Shown here piece by piece: positions 29,084-39,806 of a DNA stretch of 64,000 nucleotides. The stretch comes from Candidatus Borrarchaeum weybense (lineage in GTDB: Archaea; Asgardarchaeota; Sifarchaeia; Borrarchaeales; Borrarchaeaceae). How positions within the stretch are numbered: the stretch's first letter is position 1; every line of letters starts with the position of its first letter. Both the position numbers and the translations under genes were made by a program. Below the pieces are notes generated by a model, which was not told the DNA's origin, ran no database searches, and saw only the letters and a program-made list of their open reading frames with translations. The DNA lies in assembly GCA_019057385.1 (NCBI GenBank), contig JAHQJS010000004.1, positions 1,201,068 to 1,265,067 of the forward strand. Direction: 5' to 3'.

Positions 29084-31087
29084 CTAGATAGTGATAACTA
29101 GATTCTCGGTAGCGGGAACTATTTTGAAATATGGCTCTTCAAGTTGATATCTGCCCCCCTCAACGCTAATTTCCTCTCCAGCAGCACAGGGTATCAAGAA
29201 GGTGATTTCTTCTGGAGTTTTCAAATAAACCTTCGTAAGATGTTCATCTATATGACTTTTCAAAGAAATATCTTTACCAAGGAATTTAAAATTGTGTATC
29301 TCAGAGGATTTAAAGATATCAATTGGAACGACTACCTGAAAATCCGCGCAGCGGATATCAAAGAATCCTTCTAAGATCGTTTTTATGTACTCTTCGTGAC
29401 TAAAACTTTGCGGAAAGTTACCTCTCTGCTCTAAGGAGCTAGGGTAAAAATGCTCAGCCATCAGTCCTAGACTATTTGAGCAAAAAATTGCAGAAGAAAG
29501 CAAATCGTAGTATCTATCGAACTTTCCTGCTCTGGTAAAATGTCTAGCAAGCCAGAATGTAGAAAGAAAGAATGGATGCTCCTCATCTGGATATCGGGCA
29601 AATCCTCCGTCTCTATCTAAGATCTTTACAATTTTATCTACTGTCTTCATCATCTTTGGATCGTCAATAGGAATTAATTCATAAAGACTAAGCGCTAATA
29701 CGGAAGAATCTAATATATGTTTCTCAAAACTTTGAACAAAGGATCCTTGAGACTCAGACCAGCCTTTAGTATCAATTTTCTTCATTATTGCTTCGAACGT
29801 TTCCTTATAGGGATCTAATATAACCGGTGAAGATAAAACCTTGCAGATAGTTATAAAATCTCTCAACCCTACCGCACATATAGCCTTGCCATAGACATAA
29901 TTGTACCTTTCTCCTCTAAATTCCCAAATTCCATTCTCTTTGAGATCCCAGATGTCTAAAATTACATCTGCAGCCAACTTCAATCGAGGGAAAGTTTCTT
30001 TCAAATAGTTGATATCTCCACTGTGTTGATAGTATTTGAGAACTGAATTAATTACTAGGCCTTCACTATCAATTTGAAATTGATCTGATGCCGCATTTCC
30101 AATCCGAATTTTACCTCCATACTCTTCAGGTATATCAAGCACGGATTCATTCCCCAATTTTTTACCATTGATAGTATAAAGAGGGTGTTCCCAGTGACCA
30201 TCATCGCCCTGAATACTGAAGAGAAAATCTAGAACTCTCCTAGAGGACGTAAAACAACTACTCATAGAAAGTGCTTCAGAGGTGAAGCATGCGTCCCTTA
30301 CCCAACAGTATCGATAATCCCAATTCCCGTCTTTACCAAGTGTATCAGGTATGCTGGTGGTGGGTGCTGCTAAAACAGCCCCTGTTGGATGATAGATCAA
30401 ATTGTGAAGAACCTGTAAGCTAATTTTATATATCTCAGAGATTTCCCTGAGACCGACATTGATCTGAACAGTATTTTCAAAAAACCTCTTCCAGAAGTCT
30501 AACTGCTGATTGAAAGGATGTGCTATTCCACACGGACCTCCGAATGAAAAATGCAGTTCGGTGAAAAAATCTCTGTCTAGATCTATTAGAATAATATTAT
30601 CTTTTTCAATATTCAAGTTGTGTTTTGAGCTAAGATAAATTTCAGAATTGCCTCCTGTAAGTTTGACAATATTTCCAATTTTTTCCAGTTTTACTTCTGC
30701 ATCATCGAAGAATTTAAGAGTCAACCCTAATTTTTCAGGAGGATTATCGTAAAAAGTGAGCCGCCTTAAATAACAATTTGTAGCATGTGGCATATAGTCA
30801 ATGAGATGAACAGTTAAGTTTGAATCCATCAGGATATTCACTAAAATGGGATAGTAATTTAAATAATGCAGATGAACACTCTCAAAGTTTTCTAGAAACG
30901 TATCTTCACCCGAATCTCTTGTAAACAATTTTATATAACCGCCCTTAGACTTATTTAAGATAGAAGCAATTAATAGATCAGAATCAAACTGAGGGAGAGA
31001 GAGCCATTCTATATTAGAATTTTCATTTATTAGCATTCCAGTGATACCATTTCCTAAGTAACCATAATTTGGGAACAACGACTTCAA
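29084..31087 (-). CDS. GH15 glycoside hydrolase (probable trehalase)
   Basis: AAPTTSIP, NWDYRYCWVRD, GIWEFR, LGLMAEH...GNFPQSFSH; downstream of TPS/TPP. Confidence 0.88.
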   Translation of the reverse strand: MKSLFPNYGYLGNGITGMLINENSNIEWLSLPQFDSDLLIASILNKSKGGYIKLFTRDSGEDTFLENFESVHLHYLNYYPILVNILMDSNLTVHLIDYMPHATNCYLRRLTFYDNPPEKLGLTLKFFDDAEVKLEKIGNIVKLTGGNSEIYLSSKHNLNIEKDNIILIDLDRDFFTELHFSFGGPCGIAHPFNQQLDFWKRFFENTVQINVGLREISEIYKISLQVLHNLIYHPTGAVLAAPTTSIPDTLGKDGNWDYRYCWVRDACFTSEALSMSSCFTSSRRVLDFLFSIQGDDGHWEHPLYTINGKKLGNESVLDIPEEYGGKIRIGNAASDQFQIDSEGLVINSVLKYYQHSGDINYLKETFPRLKLAADVILDIWDLKENGIWEFRGERYNYVYGKAICAVGLRDFITICKVLSSPVILDPYKETFEAIMKKIDTKGWSESQGSFVQSFEKHILDSSVLALSLYELIPIDDPKMMKTVDKIVKILDRDGGFARYPDEEHPFFLSTFWLARHFTRAGKFDRYYDLLSSAIFCSNSLGLMAEHFYPSSLEQRGNFPQSFSHEEYIKTILEGFFDIRCADFQVVVPIDIFKSSEIHNFKFLGKDISLKSHIDEHLTKVYLKTPEEITFLIPCAAGEEISVEGGRYQLEEPYFKIVPATENLVITI

Positions 31088-31266
31088 CCCCTTTTCTTAA
31101 TCCACTCTCTAGTAATTTATGTGTTTAAAATGATCAAATTTGCGAACTAAAAAGCCCCATTAACCCCCTTAAATCTAATTTATGCCTTCAAGAGGTTCAG
31201 AGCCTATCTGTTCTCTCCATTTTGCTCTGTCAAGATAAAAACCACCGTTGAAAAGTCCAGTGTGAC

Positions 31267-33462
31267 TCACTTCTTGTCGCTTTCAATTTCTTCTAATTCT
31301 GTTAATAGTGATCTCACTTCTCTAAAAGACTTCACACTGAATTTAGCATGAGAGGGCCCCAATCCCACCTTAATAGAATATCCTGATTCAGGAATGACTG
31401 CAAAAATATCTTCGTCGGTCACATCATCTCCTATTGCCAGAATAAAGTCCCAAGTATCTTTGGAAATCCAGTTTAACGCTGCCTTTCCCTTGTTTATACC
31501 AACGTTCTTGATCTCAATCACTTTGTTCCCTTCCAAAACTGCAACATTAAGATTGGCAAATAAATCTAAAAGCTGCGCTTTTAACTCACCTGCCCTTATT
31601 AAAGCCAATTCTGGATCTACTTGCCGATAGTGCCAGGCGAGGGAAAAATCTTTTTCTTCGATGAGGGCACCTGGAGTTCTATCTACATAGCGTTCAAGCA
31701 GTGGTCTTATTTCTTCTTTCCAATCGTTTCTTAAAGGCTCGATCATCTGCCACATACTTTCTTTTTCCTTAAGCCACACGCCATGCTCAGCAATCATTTC
31801 AAGCTTTAGACCACGCAACCATTTTTCCAATATTTCTTTGTCTCGTCCGCTTATTATGACAATTGTATTATTTGTATTCTGAGTAAGACATTTAAGCATT
31901 TCTAAGAGCTCCGCATCTGGTTTCGCTTTTGTGGGTTTTTTTACAAATGGAGTAAGAGTTCCATCGTAATCTAATAAAAGCAATCGTTTTTTGCTTTTAA
32001 GATATTTCTCAATTAACCTCGTCTTCCTTTCATATGTAAGTTTCGTCCCATAGAGTTCTTGCTGAATTCCTTTGATAGTACTCAATCCTTCCATAAAATC
32101 CTCAGCCCAGCGGACAACATTATAACGGCGTAGCCTCTCTTGCATCATTTTATTATTTTCTATTTGAACTTCTTCTGGCATCGTTAGTGCTTCCTTTAAG
32201 GCGTTTGCAACTTCCTCTTTATCGTTTGGATTTATTATGATGGCTTCTCCCATTTCTCTTGCAGCTCCCGCCATTTCACTAAGAATTAACACGCCCTTGC
32301 CGTCGAGTTTACTAGCAACGAACTCTTTTGCTATTAAGTTCATTCCGTCTCTTAGAGGAGTTATCAGGGCGATATCGGCAATATTATATAGTGCAACGAG
32401 GATTCGAAATGGTAAGAATTGATACAGATACCAAACAGGCACCCACCCAATCTTTCCATGTTGTCCGTTAATTCTGCCGACCAACTCATCCAATTGTTTT
32501 TTCAGTAGCTCATATTGTTCCACTCCTGTTCGTGAAGGGACTGCGACTAAAATTAAAGTTACTTTTTCGTCATATTCTGGATTATTATCTAAAAATAGGT
32601 CAAACGATTCCAGTCGTTTTAATATGCCTTTTGTGTAATCCAATCTGTCAATTGAAAAAATTATCTTACGTTCGCCTACTTCATTTCGAATTTCTTTGAT
32701 TTCTTCTTGCACTTCTGGAGTAGATACCGCGCTTGTAAATCGATCGTAGTCTATTCCCATAGGAAAAGTATCTACTTTAGTTACACGGTTATCAACTGTG
32801 ATTTGACCAAAAGTGGATTCATAACCTAATATTCTACTAACACTAGAGTTAAAATGTCGGACATAATCGAACGAGTGAAATCCTATGAGATCTGCCCCTA
32901 GAAGCCCATTGAGTATTTCTTTACGCCAAGGAAGCAGTCGGAATACTTCAAAAGAGGGGAATGGTATGTGAAGGAAGAAACCGATAGTCGCATCGGGAAT
33001 CTCTTCTCTTATAAGTTTTGGCAACAGCATTAGGTGATAATCATGCACCCAAATAGTATCGCCTGGCTTAAAAACTTTCATAATAACTTCAAAAAAAGCC
33101 TCGTTCACTCGCTCATAACTTCTCCATGTAAAGTCGTCATATTTGGTGTATTGAGTAAAGTAGTGAAAAAGAGGCCAAACTGTTTTATTGCAGAATCCTT
33201 CATAATAATTTTCAATATCTTGCTGGGGTATATAGACTGGATAAAAGTTCTCGGATTTCAATCTGGCATTGACTTCATTTTCCCTTCCTTCTATATCTTC
33301 TAGCGTTATACCTGGCCATCCGATCCATAAACTCTCATATGATTTATAAAATGAACTAAGACCTGTGGCCAGACCCCCTACACTGCGTTTAAAGTCTAAC
33401 TTATTTTCTGTCTTTTCTATACTAATGGGCAATCTATTTGAAACAATTAGTAATCTATTCAT
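31267..33462 (-). CDS. Bifunctional trehalose-6-phosphate synthase/phosphatase
   Basis: VSNRLP, GGLATGL, WVHDYHL, DRLDYTKG, RDGMNLIAKE; HAD motifs DYDGTL and GDDVTDED. Confidence 0.95.
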   Translation of the reverse strand: MNRLLIVSNRLPISIEKTENKLDFKRSVGGLATGLSSFYKSYESLWIGWPGITLEDIEGRENEVNARLKSENFYPVYIPQQDIENYYEGFCNKTVWPLFHYFTQYTKYDDFTWRSYERVNEAFFEVIMKVFKPGDTIWVHDYHLMLLPKLIREEIPDATIGFFLHIPFPSFEVFRLLPWRKEILNGLLGADLIGFHSFDYVRHFNSSVSRILGYESTFGQITVDNRVTKVDTFPMGIDYDRFTSAVSTPEVQEEIKEIRNEVGERKIIFSIDRLDYTKGILKRLESFDLFLDNNPEYDEKVTLILVAVPSRTGVEQYELLKKQLDELVGRINGQHGKIGWVPVWYLYQFLPFRILVALYNIADIALITPLRDGMNLIAKEFVASKLDGKGVLILSEMAGAAREMGEAIIINPNDKEEVANALKEALTMPEEVQIENNKMMQERLRRYNVVRWAEDFMEGLSTIKGIQQELYGTKLTYERKTRLIEKYLKSKKRLLLLDYDGTLTPFVKKPTKAKPDAELLEMLKCLTQNTNNTIVIISGRDKEILEKWLRGLKLEMIAEHGVWLKEKESMWQMIEPLRNDWKEEIRPLLERYVDRTPGALIEEKDFSLAWHYRQVDPELALIRAGELKAQLLDLFANLNVAVLEGNKVIEIKNVGINKGKAALNWISKDTWDFILAIGDDVTDEDIFAVIPESGYSIKVGLGPSHAKFSVKSFREVRSLLTELEEIESDKK

Positions 33463-33874
33463 TTGTCCCCCTCAAAATTCTTAATTTTATTGATTATTAA
33501 AAAAGTACGATCTCTATGCTGTTTTATGCATATATCACAAGATGCAAGGACCTTTGTTATTAGATGAAACCAAATACGGCATGTTCCTTTTATTTTCATG
33601 TTTTATACATATTCTCCTTAAGTCTAATTATTGAATATAATATATTATTCTCGTAAGAGTGAAATTGGTATGGTTTGCGAGAGTCTACAAGATTTTGATA
33701 TATATTGTAGACCCATTATTTTTGATATATGTGAATATTTTAGTATTAGCGATATTAAAACTCGAAAACCACTACTAGTAAACACAAGAATCCACATATC
33801 CACAGGAAACTACTATTATTCTCTCAAATTAATAATCTTACGCATCTCACATTCAAACAGATGAGGCTGACTGC

Positions 33875-33897
33875 TACTTATTTTCGTAAAATAAGTA
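33875..33897. terminator. Perfect AT-rich hairpin downstream of treT
   Basis: TACTTATTTT-CGT-AAAATAAGTA; function inferred from position only. Confidence 0.35.
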
Positions 33898-33928
33898 TAC
33901 GAGGGATGCAGAGGTTGTGGAAGAACCT

Positions 33929-35137
33929 TTAATCTAAGTAATTCTCAAATATATTAAGCCAATCAATCATTAGTCTTGTAATCAAGAAATTATTTTTTAC
34001 ATGTTCTTTTCCATTTTTACCCATTTCATCTCGTAGTTTTTCATCTTTCAGAAGTTTTATTATGCTCTCAGAAAATCCTTTGATATCCTTTGGTTCATGC
34101 AAAAATCCGTTCACGCCATTAATTACTTGTAATGGGATTCCTCCAACATTGGAAGCTACAACAGGTGTTTCCTTCCAAAGGGCTTCAGAAACAACCAATC
34201 CAAAGCCTTCTCTTAAGGATTTTTGAATAACAACCGAAGAAGCGGTCTGTAAACAATTAACCATCAGATCTGTTCCATTTAAAAGTAGCTTGATGTCCTT
34301 CTTATATTTACTCTTATTAACCTTTTTTCTAACCTTTTCATATATTTGCTGTCCCTCAGGGTCGTCTGTGGCAAATGCGCCGAGTAAAACTAGCTGACAA
34401 TCCAATTTTTGCCTTACCATTTCAAAAACTCTTATAACTCCAAGCGGGTCTTTCCACTTATCAAATCTTGATACTTGCGAAATGATTGGTCTTTCTATAT
34501 TTATTCCATGTTTAGTCAATGTGCTATCAATCATTTTATCAGAGATTTTTTTATTCTTTTGGTATAAAGGGTCTATTGCAGGATAAATAACACTTTGTGG
34601 AATATTTAACTCCTTTTTATATTTCTCCATTGAGATGACCAAATGATCATATTGCTCGATGAAGTTTTTTAAATAAGTCCAGTGTATTGTGTTGGGATGA
34701 GTTATATCAATGTGGGCCCTAAAAATCCACGGCTGTTTTTTTTCGTAGAAGTCAACTAATGCCAAAGGTTGCGGATCATGCACTATTACAAGGTCGTGAT
34801 TGTTTATGTGTGTGAATTTTGAAAAGCGTTTATTTGTTTCGTAATAGATTTTTTTCCTTCGTTCTGACAAATTTATTTTATCGCCTTGGAGTCCATTATG
34901 AAAACTTTTTGTAACTTTAAAGAAGTCAGGATTTCCATGCAGAATTCTCCAACCGAAATCAATCCCAAAGTCGTGAAACATCGGAATCATACTATTAAGC
35001 ATCTCTGCAACACCGCCCCCTTGATAAGTCGAGTTAATACAAAGGATGTGATATTTAGAAAATTTTTCCGACTTCATCTGAAGTTGTTCAAAGTGTTCTA
35101 TTCCAACGATGCTTCGATAGTTTTTCAGAGATGCCAT
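33929..35137 (-). CDS. treT: Trehalose glycosyltransferring synthase TreT (GT4)
   Basis: NSTYQGGGVAEML, HDPQP, QVSRFDKWKDP, EGFGLVVSEALWK. Confidence 0.9.
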   Translation of the reverse strand: MASLKNYRSIVGIEHFEQLQMKSEKFSKYHILCINSTYQGGGVAEMLNSMIPMFHDFGIDFGWRILHGNPDFFKVTKSFHNGLQGDKINLSERRKKIYYETNKRFSKFTHINNHDLVIVHDPQPLALVDFYEKKQPWIFRAHIDITHPNTIHWTYLKNFIEQYDHLVISMEKYKKELNIPQSVIYPAIDPLYQKNKKISDKMIDSTLTKHGINIERPIISQVSRFDKWKDPLGVIRVFEMVRQKLDCQLVLLGAFATDDPEGQQIYEKVRKKVNKSKYKKDIKLLLNGTDLMVNCLQTASSVVIQKSLREGFGLVVSEALWKETPVVASNVGGIPLQVINGVNGFLHEPKDIKGFSESIIKLLKDEKLRDEMGKNGKEHVKNNFLITRLMIDWLNIFENYLD

Positions 35138-35380
35138 TTCGGTTTACCTCACAGTGGGTTCATCGGGAAAATATACAGGGAAAACCGTATATCTCATTTA
35201 TAAATTTTTAGAATTGCTGAGAAATAGGTCGAGTGAAATACGAAGTATTTTTTCAATATTCATAAAAGATTTTTGAAAATACTGTTTTACAAAAACTTTA
35301 AGAACTTGTTATTAGTGTATTGGTTGTTCTCTAGGCAAACCGTTATGTCTGCGTATTATGGAGAATATCGAGGACAAAAT

Positions 35381-36628
35381 ATGAAAATAGCCTTTTTTGT
35401 CTGGGAATTTCCACCCAAGATTGTTGGTGGATTAGGAACATATGCTCTGGAGATAACACAACAGTTTATTAAAAGAGGACATGAAGTCACGGTCTTTACC
35501 CTTAATGATCCTTCTGGGAAACTCCTCACAAGAGATATTTGGCGTGGTGTTGAGGTCTACAGACCGACACCTATCGATTTTAGCGGTCTATTTCCAACTT
35601 TTGTTGATACCGAACTCAGAGAATGGGGATTAGGACTTCGTTTCTTTTCAGATGTTATAACCTATAATGTATTTTCAGCTGCAAAACTTTGCAATCACCT
35701 CGTAAAAAAAGAGCGTAGAGAATTCGATATATTATCTGCTCACGATTGGCTATCAGTTCTTGGAGGAATTTCATCAAAAAGACATCTAGATCTGCCTCTG
35801 ATATTCCATGTCCATTCTACTGAACGAGGGAGGGCACTCGGAGGAGGCTCATGCACTGTAGAAAACTTTGAAGCAAAGGGTGCTGAAGTTTCTGATGGAA
35901 TAATTACAGTATCAAAGGTTATGCGCGAAGAACTCATCTCTGTAGGCTTTCCTGTCCATAAGATAAATGTCATTTGGAATGGAGTTGACCCAGAAAACAA
36001 ATATAATCCAAAAAATATCCCTGAAGAAAGTATTTTGACAATTAGAGAAAGATATGGAATTCAAGATGATGAATTCATGATTTTTTACGTTGGACGCTTA
36101 ATTGCTGTTAAAGGAGTTGATTGTTTAATCAGAGCCATGCCTCAAGTTTTGGCTGATGTGCCAAACGCAAAGTTAGTCATTGTGGGTATGGGAAATTTGT
36201 ACCAATACTTAGAAGATACTGTAAGCCAGTTAAATCTCCAAGATAAAGTAATTTTTCGTAATGAATTTATCTCGGAAGAGGAACGTATTCTAAGCATTGC
36301 AGCTTCAGATGTGTGTGTCTTTCCGTCTCATTACGAACCTTTCGGAATTGTTAGTCTAGAGGCGATGGCGATGAAAAAACCTGTGGTAGTAGGAGCAATG
36401 GGAACTTCTGGATTCAAAGAACAAGTAATAGAAGCAGGAACAGACCAATGTGGTTATCTTATTGATCCAAATGATCCAAATGATATCGCTAACGCAGTAA
36501 CAACAATACTCCAAGATCCCGACCGTGCAAAAAAAATGGGAGAAAACGCAAGAAAAAGAGTATTAGCAGAATTTACATGGGATCATGTAGCTGAGAATAC
36601 AATATCTGTGTATGAAAGATTTCTTTAA
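35381..36628 (+). CDS. GT4 glycosyltransferase (glycogen-synthase-like)
   Basis: WEFPPKIVGGLG, AHDWL, HSTERGR, YEPFGIVSLEAM; start moved to ATG 35381. Confidence 0.9.
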   Translation: MKIAFFVWEFPPKIVGGLGTYALEITQQFIKRGHEVTVFTLNDPSGKLLTRDIWRGVEVYRPTPIDFSGLFPTFVDTELREWGLGLRFFSDVITYNVFSAAKLCNHLVKKERREFDILSAHDWLSVLGGISSKRHLDLPLIFHVHSTERGRALGGGSCTVENFEAKGAEVSDGIITVSKVMREELISVGFPVHKINVIWNGVDPENKYNPKNIPEESILTIRERYGIQDDEFMIFYVGRLIAVKGVDCLIRAMPQVLADVPNAKLVIVGMGNLYQYLEDTVSQLNLQDKVIFRNEFISEEERILSIAASDVCVFPSHYEPFGIVSLEAMAMKKPVVVGAMGTSGFKEQVIEAGTDQCGYLIDPNDPNDIANAVTTILQDPDRAKKMGENARKRVLAEFTWDHVAENTISVYERFL

Positions 36629-36928
36629 AATTTATACGCGATTACAAGAGCTTTTCTCTCAATATTTTTGAAGATGGCATGAAAACACACATGAAAAGAT
36701 ATATAAGAAACTTAAATATGGATGTAAAGCTATATTATGCAGCTTTAGTGAAGCTTAAATTATCAATGGAGATTAGAATTGATACTTATGACGCTGGCAC
36801 TGGTCGTGTAGATGAACTGGCTACCTTTGAAAATTAAGTTAAAGATGTAGACTATTTTGTATTGTGTGGGTTAATTATGTGAACAAAAACATTTTAAAAT
36901 TCTTTAATTTTAAAAAGGATGTGAATTC

Positions 36929-38149
36929 TTGAATTCTGCAAATAATGATAAATCAAATAATTGGATGTTGCCAATTAATATTGTAAATTTGCTCTTTAAT
37001 ACAGTAACAATAATACCCTTCGTTATAATTCCTCTTTATGCAACAACTGTATTAGGTGCCTCCCTTTTTCAAGCAAGCTTGATCGCCGGAACGTTCTTTG
37101 GAGTTAATGCAGTGACGGCCATAATTATGGGGTCACTGTCTGATATTATGGGGAAGCGAAAACCATTTCTGATTTTTAGTCTGTTCGGATCTGCAGTCAT
37201 CTTTCTCATAATCTCTTTTATTGCACTCCCAGTAACATTGATTTTATTAATGGGGCTCTTTGGATTCATAGCCGCAGGATTCTCACCCTGCGCGATGGGC
37301 ATGGTCTCTGAATACTCAGAACCGGGAGAAAAAGGTAAAAACTTAGGATATTTAAATTCTGGAACCTCATTGGGGTGGGCAGTAGGCTCTTTTTCGAGCG
37401 GGACAATTACTGAACTTTTCAGTTTTGCGATGACCTTCTATTTTGGATGCATGCTTGCAGTTCTTGCTGCTGTCCTAACGATTATCTTCTTGAGAGAGAC
37501 AAAAACCGACATTGTTAAAGAAAGAAACTTCAGCAAGATTATACTCGCTTTGAAAAATCGATTCATACCGAAAAGTGGCGAAAGCACATATTTAAAAGAA
37601 AAGGGCTTAAGTTGGTTTTATATCTCTTTATTCTTTAGATATAGTGCTTATTGGGGGTCATTTGCTTTATTATCCATTTTCTTTGCGACAATAGTGTCGA
37701 CAACATGGGTTGGTATCCTTATAGCTATCAACTTAGGGATTTCAGCTTTAATTATGTCCCCTGTGGGTAAATTTTCCGATATGAAAGGCAGAAAAATAAT
37801 CATTATGTTTGGATTAATTGGGACTAGTATTGTTTTAGTAATGTATGCGACATCCTACAGCCTTATTTTACTCATTATCGCCCAAGTCCTTAATGCTTTT
37901 GTTTTTGCAAGCATTTATACTGGAGGAAGTGCCTTTGTATCAGATGTCGCGCCTTCTGCCAGCCACAACGAAGCTATGGGTTACCTCAATTCTGCTATAA
38001 CCTTTGGAGCTGTGACTGGAACCCTAATAGCAGGTATAATGGCTGAAATATTTGGTTTAAGAATTATGTTTCTCATCTTGGCTATATTGCCTATTATTGG
38101 TGCTGTAATTGTTTTATCAAAAGTAAGCGAAACCATCTCATCATCATAA
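36929..38149 (+). CDS. MFS transporter
   Basis: GSLSDIMGKRK motif A; 12 TM segments. Confidence 0.9.
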   Translation: MNSANNDKSNNWMLPINIVNLLFNTVTIIPFVIIPLYATTVLGASLFQASLIAGTFFGVNAVTAIIMGSLSDIMGKRKPFLIFSLFGSAVIFLIISFIALPVTLILLMGLFGFIAAGFSPCAMGMVSEYSEPGEKGKNLGYLNSGTSLGWAVGSFSSGTITELFSFAMTFYFGCMLAVLAAVLTIIFLRETKTDIVKERNFSKIILALKNRFIPKSGESTYLKEKGLSWFYISLFFRYSAYWGSFALLSIFFATIVSTTWVGILIAINLGISALIMSPVGKFSDMKGRKIIIMFGLIGTSIVLVMYATSYSLILLIIAQVLNAFVFASIYTGGSAFVSDVAPSASHNEAMGYLNSAITFGAVTGTLIAGIMAEIFGLRIMFLILAILPIIGAVIVLSKVSETISSS

Positions 38150-38230
38150 TTGTTGAGGATTAGGAGGTTTGGATGATGAGAGGGCATATAACAATAACAT
38201 AATAGCCTAATTTAATGAGGGGTACAAAAA

Positions 38231-39796
38231 ATGAAGGTGAGTAGGGTACAAGAGATGAGGAATCTTGATAAATGTGCTATTGAGGACTATGGTATCGTTG
38301 GGGATATCCTCATGGAGAATGCAGGTCAGGCAGCTTACTTCGTGATACTCGATCAGATAGGCATAAAGGGGAAGGATTTTATCATCCTTTGTGGTTCAGG
38401 CAATAACGGCGGTGATGGGCTTGTGGCAGCCAGGAAGATACATTCCCAGGGCGGCACTGCTCGGGTCTTCCTAATGAGCGATGAGGGTAAGTTTAAAGGA
38501 TCCGCTAGAAAGAACTTCGAGATTGTTTCCAAATTGCCCATCGAGGTCCGGAAGGTAGAGGACCGAGAAACGCTCAGATCTTATATCATGAATTGTGACG
38601 TTATTGTGGATGCCATCTTAGGGACTGGTATTACACGGGAGGTAAAGGGCAAATATAGAGATATAATCAATCTAATAAACAAGAGTAAAAAATTGACTGT
38701 CAGCATAGACATCCCTTCGGGGATAAACGGTGACACCGGAAAGATTATGGGTGTAGCCGTGAGAGCCGATTATACTATAACCTACGGTCTACCGAAGATT
38801 GGCAACGTCATCTATCCTGGCTTTGAATATTGTGGAAAACTCTACGTTACTCATATATCATTCCCTCCAGAACTTTATAACAAACCCGAGTTAAAGATAG
38901 AGATAGGAATTCCTTCTCCGCTACCAAAGAACGGGCATAAGGGAGATATTGGAAAGGTCTTATTCATAGCAGGGGCCAAGGGATATCACGAGTCCCCATA
39001 CTACTTGGTATCATCGTTCCTAAAAGCAGGAGGCGATTACTCACGCTTTGCTGCCCCTCGCTCGGTTATACCTTTCATAGCCAACGAGGACAAAAAGATA
39101 GCTTTCGTTCACCTAACAGAAACGAAGAGCGGGAGCATCGCGATGCAAAACAAAGATCAACTTTTAGAGATAGCAGAGCAAATGGATCTTGTGGTAATAG
39201 GTTCTGGCGTTTCACTAAACAAGGAAACTCAGGAACTGGTGAGGATCCTAGCTGAGGAGATTGAGCGCCCTCTTCTTTTTTATAATGATAGTATTACCGT
39301 CATATCAAAGAATATAGAAGTAATAAGGTCAAGAGCAGAACCCACAGTTCTTATTGCTAATCTAGGTGAGATGTCCTCGATTGTATCTAAGGATACAGCA
39401 GAAATTGAAGAAACTATTATTGATATCTTACAAGAGATGGCAAAAACCCTTGATTCGATCATTGTACTAAAGGCTGCCCATTCTCTGATAAGCTACCCTG
39501 ACAAAACTGTTCGCATCAATATGAGTGGCAATCCTGATATGATAACTGAAGGGTCTGGAGATGTACTTGTGGGCTGCATTGCTGCGATGTTTGGTCTTGG
39601 TCTTTCTATAGAGGAAGCGGTTGTGACTGGCGTCTTCATTCATGGTTTATCGGCAGATATAACTGCAGAAAACAAGGAAACGGACGAAATCACGGCCCAG
39701 AATATCATCGACTACCTTCCTATAGCTCTCAAAAGATATAGAGAAAGGGGCAATGAGATACTTAACCACTTCTATCACAGCATATACTATGTATAG
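38231..39796 (+). CDS. nnr: Bifunctional NAD(P)HX epimerase/dehydratase (dehydratase half degenerate)
   Basis: LMENAG, GSGNNGGDG, DAILGTG, DIPSG; C-terminal GSGDVL. Confidence 0.88.
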   Translation: MKVSRVQEMRNLDKCAIEDYGIVGDILMENAGQAAYFVILDQIGIKGKDFIILCGSGNNGGDGLVAARKIHSQGGTARVFLMSDEGKFKGSARKNFEIVSKLPIEVRKVEDRETLRSYIMNCDVIVDAILGTGITREVKGKYRDIINLINKSKKLTVSIDIPSGINGDTGKIMGVAVRADYTITYGLPKIGNVIYPGFEYCGKLYVTHISFPPELYNKPELKIEIGIPSPLPKNGHKGDIGKVLFIAGAKGYHESPYYLVSSFLKAGGDYSRFAAPRSVIPFIANEDKKIAFVHLTETKSGSIAMQNKDQLLEIAEQMDLVVIGSGVSLNKETQELVRILAEEIERPLLFYNDSITVISKNIEVIRSRAEPTVLIANLGEMSSIVSKDTAEIEETIIDILQEMAKTLDSIIVLKAAHSLISYPDKTVRINMSGNPDMITEGSGDVLVGCIAAMFGLGLSIEEAVVTGVFIHGLSADITAENKETDEITAQNIIDYLPIALKRYRERGNEILNHFYHSIYYV

Positions 39797-39806
39797 GTGG
39801 ATAATT

